A stretch of 51,023 bases of DNA from Octopus bimaculoides (GCF_001194135.2 NC_069000.1:35580520-35631542), one strand, 5' to 3'. Positions 22,613 to 33,982 are shown, counted from the first letter of the stretch. The notes: generated from the sequence alone by a model not told the origin. Numbers and translations: made by a program.

Positions 22613-22869
22613 GTTGCCCGACCTTATCTCTACTAGTCAAGGAAGTCAGAATTATACAAAATAAAGTTGAAAATAGTTATGGCCAAGGCAATTTACATAA
22701 TTTAAACAAAAACCTTAGATAAATAACCCAAAGTGGTCATTAAGCAAAATGCTCGTCATATGACTGGTATTATAAGAAATATACGTTTGTCACTGTAGAT
22801 ACTAACAATAATCAATTTGTTGATAATGTTAGCAAACAGCATAAATTAAACAGCATATTTCGCTTTTAA

Positions 22870-23630
22870 TTTTATGCTTCACTCGTTTCAGTCGCAGGAT
22901 TGTAGCTATGGTGGGACACCGCCTTGAAGGGTCTGGCCGAACAAGTCACCCCCCACTACTCAATTCTTTATATTTAATTGGCTGCTGTCTTTTGCCTAAC
23001 AGTATACTNNNNNNNNNNNNNNNNNNNNNNNNNNNNNNNNNNNNNNNNNNNNNNNNNNNNNNNNNNNNNNNNNNNNNNNNNNNNNNNNNNNNNNNNNNNN
23101 NNNNNNNNNNNNNNNNNNNNNNNNNNNNNNNNNNNNNNNNNNNNNNNNNNNNNNNNNNNNNNNNNNNNNNNNNNNNNNNNNNNNNNNNNNNNNNNNNNNN
23201 NNNNNNNNNNNNNNNNNNNNNNNNNNNNNNNNNNNNNNNNNNNNNNNNNNNNNNNNNNNNNNNNNNNNNNNNNNNNNNNNNNNNNNNNNNNNNNNNNNNN
23301 NNNNNNNNNNNNNNNNNNNNNNNNNNNNNNNNNNNNNNNNNNNNNNNNNNNNNNNNNNNNNNNNNNNNNNNNNNNNNNNNNNNNNNNNNNNNNNNNNNNN
23401 NNNNNGGACAAAGACAGACACACAAGCATATACATACATACATACATATATTTATACATATATACGACGGGCTTCTTTCAGTTTCCGTGTCTACCAAATC
23501 CACTCACAAGGCTTTGGTCGGCCCGAGGCTATAGTAGAAGACACTTGCCCAATGTACCACGCAGTGGGACTGAACCCGGAACCATGTGATTCGTAAGCAA
23601 ACTACTTACCACACAGCCATTCCTACGCCT
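22870..23630 (-). mobile_element. Family-B SINE spanning the 23009-23405 gap
   Basis: Head and CORE-like half at 23460-23630, tail half at 22870-22990, in consistent orientation. Confidence 0.8.
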
Positions 23631-24095
23631 TACGAGGGAGTACCCAAAAGAAACCGGTATTTTGCAATATTATTTTATTGACTTTGTTTTACACTTATAT
23701 CGCCTTCAAAGTATTCTTCATTTAAAGCAATGCATCGGTCCAGGCGCGTTTTCCACTTTACGAAGCAGTGCTGGAACTCTTGCGAAGTGATGCTTTTTAA
23801 CGCCTCCGTCGTTTTTTTCTTCACCTCTTCCACGTAGCACCAGCTTTCGTCACCAGTGATGACCTTCACGACACGCATTCAGTCGTGACTGCTTTTGATC
23901 TTCCGAGAGCAAGCGGAGCACAAATTTTGCTGCAACTCTTTTCATTCGTGATTCCTCGCTCAAAATTCGTTGGCTGTCTTTCAAGCGACAATTGACCGTT
24001 CTTAAAGCGTGGAAACCACTCGTATACTTGTGTTTTGCTCATGGCAGCGTCTTTGTAAGCGGTTTGAAGCATGACAACTGTTTCGGCCGCCGTTT
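23631..24095 (-). mobile_element. Internally deleted mariner (DD34D-type) transposon
   Basis: Terminus TA-cgagggagtacccaaaag. Minus-strand peptides: GKTAAETVVMLQTAYKDAAMSKTQVYEWFPRFKNG (HTH), VITGDESWCY (first catalytic D), and FQHCFVKWKTRLDRCIALNEEYFEGD (C-terminus). Confidence 0.9.
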
Positions 24096-24096
24096 T

Positions 24097-24300
24097 TCCC
24101 CAAAAATAATCCAGAATCCTTGTCCGGTACCGGATCGATCCCAAAAGTTAATCAGTTCGTGCCAGTCACGCGACCAAACATCCCTGAAAGTTTCATCCGA
24201 ATCCATCCAGTGATTCTTGAGATATCTTGTCCACGGACGAACAAACAAACAAACGCGACTGAAAACAATACCACCGCCTTCGCTAAGATGGAGGTAATAA
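24097..24300 (-). mobile_element. Non-autonomous interspersed element with a terminal acctccg/cggaggt hairpin (Helentron/HINE-like)
   Basis: Reverse complement aligns with 38659-38860 (gtccgtggacaagatatc..ggattcggatgaaac..gatccggtaccggacaaggattctggattatt). The superfamily assignment is inference. Confidence 0.7.
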
Positions 24301-24978
24301 TGACAATCATATCAGAGTTAAAGCGATCCGACAGTCAAATATCGTTCGGAATCATTTCATTTGGTCATAATTCCCCATTCACCAATGTATTATGCATATA
24401 TGTATTATGTATATAGTGTGTATATATGTAACTGTGTATTATGGCTGCATGTATGAATGTAATGTAGAAAATCAACTAATTTTAAAATGGGTAAAAAGGA
24501 CTGAGAAGGAAACATACAAATAATGAGTCATACCAGAGCTAAAGCGATCCGACAGTCAAATGTCGTTTGGAGTCATTTCATTTGGTCATAATTCCCTATT
24601 CACCATGTTTACGTAAATATGTATTATGTGTATAGTGTATAGTGAATATTATATATATGTATATCATATGTATAATATTGTGATATTATATTATATTATA
24701 TTATATTATATATACATATAATATGTATATTATATGTATAATATATTATATGTATATTATGTATAGTGTATATTATGTATATATGTAAGTATGTATTATG
24801 GCTGCATGTAGATATGTATGAATGTAGATATGTATGAATGTACAAAATCATCTACTTTAAACATGGGTAAAAAGGATTGATTGAGAAAGAAACACATACA
24901 AATAATGAGTCATACCAGAGTTAAAGCGATCCGACAGTCGAATATCGTTGGGAGTCGTTTCATTTGCTCATAATTCCC
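24300..24978. repeat. Local tandem triplication with an expanding internal AT-rich microsatellite
   Basis: The motif cataccagagttaaagcgatccgacagtcaaatatcgtt..catttggtcataattccc recurs at about 24308, 24530 and 24911. The block ttatggctgcatgta..aaatgggtaaaaagga recurs at about 24438 and 24797. Confidence 0.85.
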
Positions 24979-25494
24979 GCCAGCTTGTCCTTTCGTACTC
25001 CCTAGCGAGAGAAGTAGTGGAAGAAAACAAAGAAAATATATTCACGTAGAAGTCATCTTATGAAAGTTTTCTGTGATAGTGATTTTTTTTTATATAATAG
25101 TATTAATATTAAACCGACTATTGATCTCATGGCTTGTAATGATTTCTTTGCATTGTTTCAATACGAACAGCTGTTGTAAAGAGAAAGAGAGAGACAAAAA
25201 GAGAGAAAGTTTGTGTGTGTGTCTGTGTGTGTGTGCGTGTGTGTGCGTGTGCGCGCGTCGTATTTATATCGGTAATTATTTATAGTTCAATGGCAAAAGG
25301 GCGGTGAATAGTATAAAAGCTAATATCAATCGAATCAATACAAATGGATAATGTGTTAGATAAATAGATAACGAGGCTGTGTTTAATAACAATTACTACA
25401 TGTATTTAGAAATTTAGGTTAAATTAGTCGGTCTGAAAAACCATTACGCATATATACATACATACATACATACATACATACATACATACATACA

Positions 25495-25810
25495 AATAGT
25501 TTATCATGGACGAATAGCCAGGTTACTACCCCTCACTTTGAAGGGTATGCGATGGCAATCCAGGAGCAGGAAATATCAACCAAGTACCTGATGCACAAAA
25601 GGGATAGGGATGAGGGAAAAGCCGTAAAATGAGACAACCGATGTAGACTTTGCGGAGTTCACACTGAAGATATGACCCATATCATAAGCAGTTGTCCGAA
25701 ACTGTCCTCACACGAGACATGACGTAGTAGCTAGGACAGTCTATAATGAAACCCGTCGGAAGGATAATCTCGAGGACAAAGAAATAAAAGCCCACAATAT
25801 GGTAGAAGGA
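25495..25810 (+). mobile_element. R4-clade RLE retrotransposon internal fragment (CCHC knuckle) directly after a (TACA)n tract
   Basis: Peptide SLSWTNSQVTTPHFEGYAMAIQEQEISTKYLMHKRD..*DNRCRLCGVHTEDMTHIISSCPKLS..HDVVA. Confidence 0.85.
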
Positions 25811-25913
25811 AGAGAAGAATAGGGAAGGGTTGGGAGAGAAAAACAGAAAGGATGAAGAACAAGAGAGGGAGAGAGATAGACGGGGAAGTGAGTTGGTTAG
25901 TTAGCTAACTAAA

Positions 25914-25954
<41 letters not shown>

Positions 25955-26949
25955 NNNNNNNNNNNNNNNNNNNNNNNNNNNNNNNNNNNNNNNNNNNNNN
26001 NNNNNNNNNNNNNNNNNNNNNNNNNNNNNNNNNNNNNNNNNNNNNNNNNNNNNNNNNNNNNNNNNNNNNNNNNNNNNNNNNNNNNNNNNNNNNNNNNNNN
26101 NNNNNNNNNNNNNNNNNNNNNNNNNNNNNNNNNNNNNNNNNNNNNNNNNNNNNNNNNNNNNNNNNNNNNNNNNNNNNNNNNNNNNNNNNNNNNNNNNNNN
26201 NNNNNNNNNNNNNNNNNNNNNNNNNNNNNNNNNNNNNNNNNNNNNNNNNNNNNNNNNNNNNNNNNNNNNNNNNNNNNNNNNNNNNNNNNNNNNNNNNNNN
26301 NNNNNNNNNNNNNNNNNNNNNNNNNNNNNNNNNNNNNNNNNNNNNNNNNNNNNNNNNNNNNNNNNNNNNNNNNNNNNNNNNNNNNNNNNNNNNCTTTATC
26401 AGCTTCATCCTAACGGTTTGTTCCTAAGCGGCTATCGTCAGTGTTTCAGCCTCTCGTTTCAGGTCTCCGTCTGTCAGCCACAACCAAAGTTCTTTATTTC
26501 CAAAATCCTCAGTTTGTTGCATGAATTAGCCACGTAATTCCACTTCTCTCCATTTGCTTGCTCTGTTGTTCTTCCTCCTGTTTCAGTAACATTTAGGGCA
26601 TCTCTGCCGGTAATATTCATTCTTCACTCTGCACAACATAATATTTTCACCCATAGCTTTTCGATAATGTCTCTTAGGCATTTACTAACAAAACCAAGCG
26701 TTCGATCAATTAAGCTAAAAATAGCAATAAAATCTTAAATCGCAAACTACCTACCGTCTTTTTTTAAATGGAGGTCCTAAATACAATGTCTCTGAATATA
26801 ATACGAGATGGTCACAGCTGGCGAACCTTTAACTTTAAGTAATCTTAATCAGAGTTGACAAATATAAGGTTTAAATAAAATTGTTATTGAACGCCATTTA
26901 TACAAATATGCTTCTAAAAGTAACGCTGTGTTATAGCTTCCCCCTACTC

Positions 26950-27391
<442 letters not shown>

Positions 27392-28165
27392 NNNNNNNNN
27401 NNNNNNNNNNNNNNNNNNNNNNNNNNNNNNNNNNNNNNNNNNNNNNNNNNNNNNNNNNNNNNNNNNNNNNNNNNNNNNNNNNNNNNNNNNNNNNNNNNNN
27501 NNNNNNNNNNNNNNNNNNNNNNNNNNNNNNNNNNNNNNNNNNNNNNNNNNNNNNNNNNNNNNNNNNNNNNNNNNNNNNNNNNNNNNNNNNNNNNNNNNNN
27601 NNNNNNNNNNNNNNNNNNNNNNNNNNNNNNNNNNNNNNNNNNNNNNNNNNNNNNNNNNNNNNNNNNNNNNNNNNNNNNNNNNNNNNNNNNNNNNNNNNNN
27701 NNNNNNNNNNNNNNNNNNNNNNNNNNNNNNNNNNNNNNNNNNNNNNNNNNNNNNNNNNNNNNNNNNNNNNNNNNNNNNNNNNNNNNNNNNNNNNNNNNNN
27801 NNNNNNNNNNNNNNNNNNNNNNNNNNNNNNNNNNNNNNNNNNNNNNNNNNNNNNNNNNNNNNNNNNNNNNNNNNNNNNNNNNNNNNNNNNNNNNNNNNNN
27901 NNNNNNNNNNNNNNNNNNNNNNNNNNNNNNNNNNNNNNNNNNNNNNNNNNNNNNNNNNNNNNNNNNNNNNNNNNNNNNNNNNNNNNNNNNNNNNNNNNNN
28001 NNNNNNNNNNNNNNNNNNNNNNNNNNNNNNNNNNNNNNNNNNNNNNNNNNNNNNNNNNNNNNNNNNNNNNNNNNNNNNNNNNNNNNNNNNNNNNNNNNNN
28101 NNNNNNNNNNNNNNNNNNNNNNNNNNNNNNNNNNNNNNNNAAGTAATAAGGATATCCGGGTATCA

Positions 28166-28254
28166 GTGCATTACGGCCGTTTCAAGCGGCTCCATTTAAT
28201 TGATCAATGAAAACATTACATCAGTTTGAAATGAAGCGCTCTCCTCAGAAGAAG
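28166..28254 (-). ncRNA. Type I minimal hammerhead motif with a 13-bp stem II
   Basis: Minus strand reads CUGAGGA gagcgcuucauuu...aaauggag(c)cgcuu GAAAC GGCC GUA. Palindromic GGCC loop and GUA site; stem I is poorly paired. Confidence 0.7.
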
Positions 28255-29061
28255 ACGACCATATATATTACTAACATACAGGATACACCATTATAATTTT
28301 TAGCAAGTTTTTCATCAGTACTAGAGACTAAAATGATAACATTGCTTCTCTATGTTATTTTTGTGGCAGAATGAATTTAGGGTCAAAAAAAGCCGACTAT
28401 AATTTAGAGCGGAAAAAGAAAAAATAGGGGTCAAGAAGGAGGAATGGTGATATAGCTACAGTCATCTTTATCCTTATCACATTCAAAAGACTCAATGCAG
28501 CATGTAGTCTACGACCCTTTAAAATTAAATCCATTGGGAATTGACAGTTAAGTTCTTGATGATGGTGATAAATTAATGTCAGATACTCTCTCCTACCCCT
28601 ATTTTACTGGGACTTTAAAGCCAGCCATATCTACATAAAAGACCAGATTCCATCCTGTATTGGGATTTCATCGCTAATTGTCAACTCCTCTTCAACCATC
28701 TGTAGAAACATTACTTGCAAAGCCACTATTACTATGACTTAAGTTAATTGACTCGACCAAAGTATTTTTGTTCAATAAATATATTACTGGTACGTTAACT
28801 GTGTTGCGTTTCAATGTTATAATATCCATCAGATTCTATCTATAAACATGTAGAGACAGCTGTAACCATTCTGTTTTTTTAATCGAATTCCATTCGTGCA
28901 CAGAAAAAAAGAAAACTCGGTGTTTGATGAAATATCAACACAAGAGTGCAAGCTGTCTGATTATATCGTATACAGTGATAATATGCTTACATTAAGCAAA
29001 GTAGAAAGTTGTAAAATCTCCATAACAGATGAGAGTAGTAACTATACTGACAAGTAAAGTT

Positions 29062-29260
29062 AATCTTTTCTACTCTAGGCACAAGGCCCGAAATTTTGGG
29101 GGACGGGCCCAGTCGATTAGATCGACCCTAGTACGTATTTGGTACTTAATTATCGACCCCGAAAGGATGAAAGGCAAATTCAACCTCAGAACGTAAAGAC
29201 AGGCAATATACCGCTAAGTATTTCACCCGGCGGCTAACGTTTCTGCCAGCTCGCCGCCTT
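29062..29260 (-). mobile_element. Family-A SINE, full length
   Basis: Reverse complement aligns with 40911-41104 and includes the tail (cttgtgcctagagtagaaaaga). Confidence 0.9.
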
Positions 29261-29261
29261 G

Positions 29262-29755
29262 ACGAATAAAGTTAATCGCCACACCAATAAGGCTGTCCGA
29301 TGTTACTACCGTTTGAACCCCCAGGCAGACCTTCCGCCAACTGGTTATAGGTGCAGCCTGCACATTTGTATATATAGTAAGCAGGAGAGAGAACCCCTAC
29401 CATCCTGCTGCAGAAGAGGGAATCACGAGACCGACTCGGTTTCGGGCTATTTCTGCCTATCCTCAGTTGCGAACACCCGGTCGATAGAGAAACAGAGTCC
29501 GTTCCAGATTGCAAAATATAGAAAACAAAACGACCGGTCACTGATTTGCAACAAGCAAAGTAACCAGTTGGAAAATCTTAATATTTGCTGACAGTAGAAA
29601 TTATACTGTTGGAGGATGGTAGGAGTTCGCTGCCCTGCTTGCAATATATACAAGATGCAGGCTGCACCTACAACCAGCTGACGAAAGATCTGCTTGAAGT
29701 TCAAACGGCAGTAACATCGAACAGACATATTGATGTGGCAGTTAACTTCGCTCGT
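29262..29755. mobile_element. Fold-back element with about 145-bp inverted arms and a hammerhead motif in the spacer (PLE-derived, inferred)
   Basis: Arm 29262-29406 aligns with the reverse complement of 29613-29755 (gttaa..gccaca..gatgttact..gtttgaac..aggtgcagcctgca..tgtatata..aagcagg..ctaccatcct). Confidence 0.85.
29423..29472 (-). ncRNA. Type I hammerhead motif with a canonical GUC site
   Basis: Minus strand reads ucgcaa CUGAGGA u aggc agaaaua gccc GAA ACCGA g UCGGU C ucguga. Stem I has 5 of 6 bp, stem III is near-palindromic, and the first stem II pair is an A/C mismatch. Confidence 0.75.
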
Positions 29756-30072
29756 TTACATTATATTTCTATTTAAACACAGAGCTGGTTATAAAAGAAA
29801 ATTAAAAGATCAATGTTTTGCAGTGGGTCATAGCAATGAATTGAAACTGAAACTCTGTTGGTAGATCAGTAAATTTAGTACCGGCTGTTACTCACGTACA
29901 AAGGATTTCGCACTGGATTGAAGGTATAATATACTACGGTGTACAGGAACACACGCAAAAACACACACTCACNNNNNNNNNNNNNNNNNNNNNNNNNNNN
30001 NNNNNNNNNNNNNNNNNNNNNNNNNNNNNNNNNNNNNNNNNNNNNNNNNNNNNNNNNNNNNNNNNNNNNNNN

Positions 30073-30112
<40 letters not shown>

Positions 30113-30129
30113 ATGAATGTATCTATTAA

Positions 30130-30484
30130 GTGCATTACTATACATAAATTCCCCACACTAGGAGGGACTCTTAAAATCAAAACTACCATAATAAACATAT
30201 TGTACCGAATGCGAGGGAAAGCAACTCTCGAAGCGAGCCTTTTATAAGGCTGGTATGTTGATATTTTTTGTTCATTTTTATGTGTTTTGATTATGCTTGC
30301 ACTGGCGATTAAAAAGTGCATTTTGTGCACTAATTATGAAATCATATGATCTACAGCTGAATCTGTTTTCAGAAGGCTCACTTCGAGAGTTGCATTCCCC
30401 CGCGTTCGGTACAATGTGTTTATTATGGTAGTTTTGACTTTAATAGTCCCTCCTAGCGTGGGGCATTTATGTATAGGAATGCCC
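30130..30484. mobile_element. Long-TIR MITE flanked by TTAA (Kolobok-like)
   Basis: About 110-bp inverted arms at 30130-30241 and 30373-30484. TTAA lies at 30126-30129 and 30485-30488. Termini are G(G/T)GCATT..AATGCCC, i.e. RR..YY rather than the piggyBac CC..GG. Confidence 0.8.
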
Positions 30485-30596
30485 TTAATATAAATAAATA
30501 TATTGAAAGAGAATAATTAATAATTTTTTCCCTTATGACGTTTTTCACGCTAACTACTTGATAAATTCTTATAAAGATTTTATCCTATTTCTAAAT

Positions 30597-30642
<46 letters not shown>

Positions 30643-30890
30643 NNNNNNNNNNNNNNNNNNNNNNNNNNNNNNNNNNNNNNNNNNNNNNNNNNNNNNNNNN
30701 NNNNNNNNNNNNNNNNNNNNNNNNNNNNNNNNNNNNNNNNNNNNNNNNNNNNNNNNNNNNNNNNNNNNNNNNNNNNNNNNNNNNNNNNNNNNNNNNNNNN
30801 NNNNNNNNNNNNNNNNNNNNNNNNNNNNNNNNNNNNNNNNNNNNNNNNNNNNNNNNNNNNNNNNNNNNNNNNNNNNNNNNATATATATAC

Positions 30891-30941
<51 letters not shown>

Positions 30942-30959
30942 TGTATATGTATGTATGTA

Positions 30960-31160
30960 TGTGTGTATATATCTTTGTGTGACTGTGTTTGTCGCTCCAA
31001 CATCACTTGACAACCGATGGTCGTGTGTTTACGTCGTCCCCGTAACCTAGGGCTCGGCAAAACAGACCGATAGAATAAGTACTAGGCTTACAAAGAATAA
31101 GTCCTGGGGTCGATTTGCTCGACTAAAGGCGGTGCTCCAGCATGGCCGCAGTCAAATGAC
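30960..31160 (+). mobile_element. Family-B SINE, 3' half
   Basis: cttgacaaccgatgg..gtgtttacgtc..cgtaac..cggcaaaa..gatagaataagtactaggcttacaaagaataagtcctggggtcgat..gactgaaacaagtaaaagag. Confidence 0.85.
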
Positions 31161-31396
31161 TGAAACAAGTAAAAGAGTACATATATATTTCCCAAAAAGT
31201 TATTGATGTTTTGATAAAGAATTTACAACTTTTTTTAAAATCTTTTTTATACTTAGTAAAACTGTATCAAGTAAATTTCACAAAGACTTGTAAATATATA
31301 TATAGCTTCACCATCAGCAGAATGTAAAAAGGTAATTTATACGGTTAAAAGCTTACATTAAAAATTTTTTTTTTTTTTACAAACATATGCTTACAT

Positions 31397-32094
31397 ATTA
31401 TGAACATACTTTAGTTTACAAAAAAAATACCATAACCTAAGTATGTATACCATTCTGATCACTGTTGTACAAGCTTAGCAGTGTGCCAGTAGCGAAATTT
31501 TTTTTTCCACGAGAGTTTCGGAGCTCAGTACTGAACTCATTTGCCTACAGCCAATCAGAGCTTACCTTGACCTTGTTGTCAAGTTAACAAACACACTCTA
31601 CCATGTAAACTCAAGACGAGGAACCGATCTTCAAATTGTGCCTGGTTTTAGGAGACAAGTAATTAGATAGATTTGCATCTATACCTATTATCGGATTTTG
31701 TTAGGGCCCCATATGGTAAAGATGTGGACGGGAAAAATGTTGGTAGAGGGTGATGTGCTAGCAAACCTCTTCCCTTACTGTTTAATAAAGTAAACAACAC
31801 AAATAACTAAGTAGAGGCAGCCATGGTTGAAACAAGAACAAGAACAACAAGCATTCTTAATAGAGAAAAGAAGCATGGTCATTCCTTACCCAACTGACCT
31901 TATCTTATCGCCCATCACTTGTTATGCGCTCATAAATTAGTTTGATAGCGGAGTTCTGATTGGCTGTATGCAAATGAGTTCATAACTGGGGTCGGGAACT
32001 CTCGTGGGAAAAAAATTTCGCGTGCCGGTATTGCATAACAACTTTCAGTCACTTAAATTTGAACATAAACTGTAATATAGAGTATGTTCATAAT
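31397..32094. mobile_element. Long inverted-repeat (fold-back/MITE-like) element
   Basis: 31492-31562 aligns with the reverse complement of 31952-32021 (gcgaaattttttt..cacgagagtt..tgaactcatttgc.tacagccaatcaga). Outer 14-bp inverted match attatgaacatact (31397-31410) and agtatgttcataat (32081-32094). Confidence 0.7.
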
Positions 32095-32518
32095 AAAAGT
32101 GATGCGATTGCGTAGCAAAATAAAAACTAAAACGTTATAATAAAAACTAAACAAAAACAATAAAAAGAAATTAATTTATTCATTTTCTGTTGTGGTTGTC
32201 AGGTTATCTTGTTATGAAAAAAAATGCTCAGAATTTTATGCATTTAATAAGATATTTTACTATACGACATCGGGTATTATTTTATAATTTTAAATGTGGT
32301 CCATTTAAATTTTTGATTTATTAGATTACATTTACAAGCTTTTCCTTTTTGACAGAAACACAGAAAAAGAAATTGCTTTATCTGGTGATGAAGAGTCGAA
32401 CTTGTAACGATAACGTGCACATGTTTGCACGTCGGCGTCACCAAAATTGTAATGGTTTCTGTGTAGCAAAGAAATGAGAGGAATAAGAGCATTTTTATCT
32501 GAAATAGCTTTATACTTA

Positions 32519-32913
32519 GGGGAGGCGCAATGGCCCAGTGGCCCAGTGGTTAGGGCAGCGGACTCGCGGTCATAGGATCGCGCTTTCGATTCCCAGATCG
32601 GGTGTTGTGAGTGTTTATTGAGGGAAAACATCTAAAGCTCCACGAGGCTCCGGCAGGGGATGGTGGCCAACCCTGCTGTACTCTTTCACCACAACTTTCT
32701 CTTACTCTTACTTCCTGTTTCTGTTGTGCCTGTATTTCTAAGGGCCATCCCTGTCACACTGTGTCACGATGAATATCCCCGAGAACTACGTTAAGGGTAC
32801 ACGTGTCTGTGGAGTGCTCAGCCACTTGCACGTTAATTTCACGAGCAGACAGTTCCGTTGATCGGATCAACTGGAACCCTTGACGTCGTAAGCGACGGAG
32901 TGCCAACAATAAC
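32519..32913 (+). mobile_element. Family-C SINE, full length (tRNA-Arg-like head, octopus OR-type)
   Basis: Head ggaggcgcaatggcccagtgg(cccagtgg)ttagggcagcggactcgcggtc..tttcgattccc with pol III A and B boxes. Body and tail are shared with 13229-13502 and 35030-35304. Confidence 0.9.
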
Positions 32914-32982
32914 ATGCCATTGCGTAAGTAGTCGAATTTATCTGTGAATGACTACTTGAAAGTGAAATATTAAAGGAGTCTA

Positions 32983-33054
32983 GACAAGTAGAGAGGATGA
33001 GACAAGTAGAGAGGATGAGACGAGTAGAGAGGATGAGACGCGTAGAGAGGGTGG
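32983..33054. repeat. 18-bp minisatellite x4 (gacaagtagagaggatga)
   Basis: Units start at 32983, 33001, 33019 and 33037, with stepwise divergence. Confidence 0.95.
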
Positions 33055-33101
33055 AAGTTATATGTTCCTTGTTTCGCAACTTATAAGTGAAAGAAGAGAG
33101 A

Positions 33102-33235
33102 TGGATGCTCTTCGACGATCGACCAAACAAACGAAAAAATTGGGATGATTTTCGACAGTCGGTCAAATGAAGAAAGAGGGACGCTCTTCGACGGTCGGTC
33201 AAATGAAGAAGAAAGGGATGCTTTTCGACACTTAC
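33102..33235. repeat. 36-40-bp minisatellite, about 3.5 copies (gggatgctcttcgacggtcggtcaaatgaagaaga)
   Basis: Units start at about 33102, 33142, 33178 and 33215. Confidence 0.85.
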
Positions 33236-33412
33236 CCAGAGGGACTGAACTCAGAACTATGTGGTTGAGAAAATAATTGTTAAAAACCCTGTAATTCTGT
33301 TCATAAAAGAAGTCCTTCATAACACAATTATTCTTTCAAGACTGGTGAATATCAACACAATATTCAACCAGGGACACCATTTCTTTATGTGAGCTTTCGA
33401 TACTTCCATTAT

Positions 33413-33982
33413 TCTTTTCTACTCTAGGCACAAGGCCCGAAATTTGCAGGGAGGGGATCAGTCGATTAGACCGACCTCAGTACGCAACTGGTACCTAATT
33501 TATCGAAAGTATAAAAGGCAAAGTCGACCCCAGCAGAATTTGAACTCAGAACGTAACGGCAGACGAAATACCGCTAAGCATTTTTCCCCGGAATGCTAAC
33601 GTTTCTTATTTCTTTACTGCCCACGAGGGGCTACACACAGAGGGAACAAACAAGGACAGACAAACGGATTAAGTTGATTATATCGACCCCAGTGCGTAAC
33701 TGTTACTTATTTAATCGACCCTGAAAGGATGAAAGGCAAAGTCGACCTCGGCGGAATTTGAACTCAGAACGTAGCGGCAGACAAAATGCCGCTAAGCATT
33801 TCGCCCGGCGTGCTAACGTTTCTGCCAGCTCGCCCCCTTCAATACTTCTATTTATTAAAATTGGTTTTAAATTAACTAAGAAACTGATTTCAAATTTTGG
33901 CACCCGGCCAGCAATTTGAATGAGGTGGATTAATTCAATTACATCGACCTAAGTGCTCAACTGGTATTTAATTTATCGACCC
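33413..33982 (-). mobile_element. Three head-to-tail family-A SINE copies or fragments
   Basis: atcgaccc..gaaaggatgaaaggcaaagtcgacc..tttgaactcagaacgta recurs at about 33500 and 33715, and a third core runs into the gap at 33940-33982. Confidence 0.85.

Noticed and set aside
25664-25706. CTGAAGA...CGAAAC-TGTC hammerhead-like spacing
   Set aside because: It is a coincidence within R4 knuckle codons (TEDMTH..CPKL), and stems I and II do not pair at the core.
26400-26515. CTGACGA and CTGAGGA cores on the minus strand
   Set aside because: There is no correctly placed GAAA with paired stem II and stem I. At best this is an unrecoverable relic.
29686-29716. CTGACGA...CAAAC-GGCA-GTA in the right arm of the fold-back element
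   Set aside because: G12 is missing and neither stem I nor stem II pairs. It is suggestive of an older hammerhead but not supportable.
32519-32600. tRNA-like heads of SINE families (also 21558, 35030, 41818)
   Set aside because: They have pol III A and B boxes but no closed cloverleaf, and each continues into a repeated SINE body, so they are not tRNA genes.
33102-33235. About 36-bp repeats as a possible CRISPR array
   Set aside because: The units are contiguous and degenerate with no unique spacers, there are no cas genes, and the context is eukaryotic.
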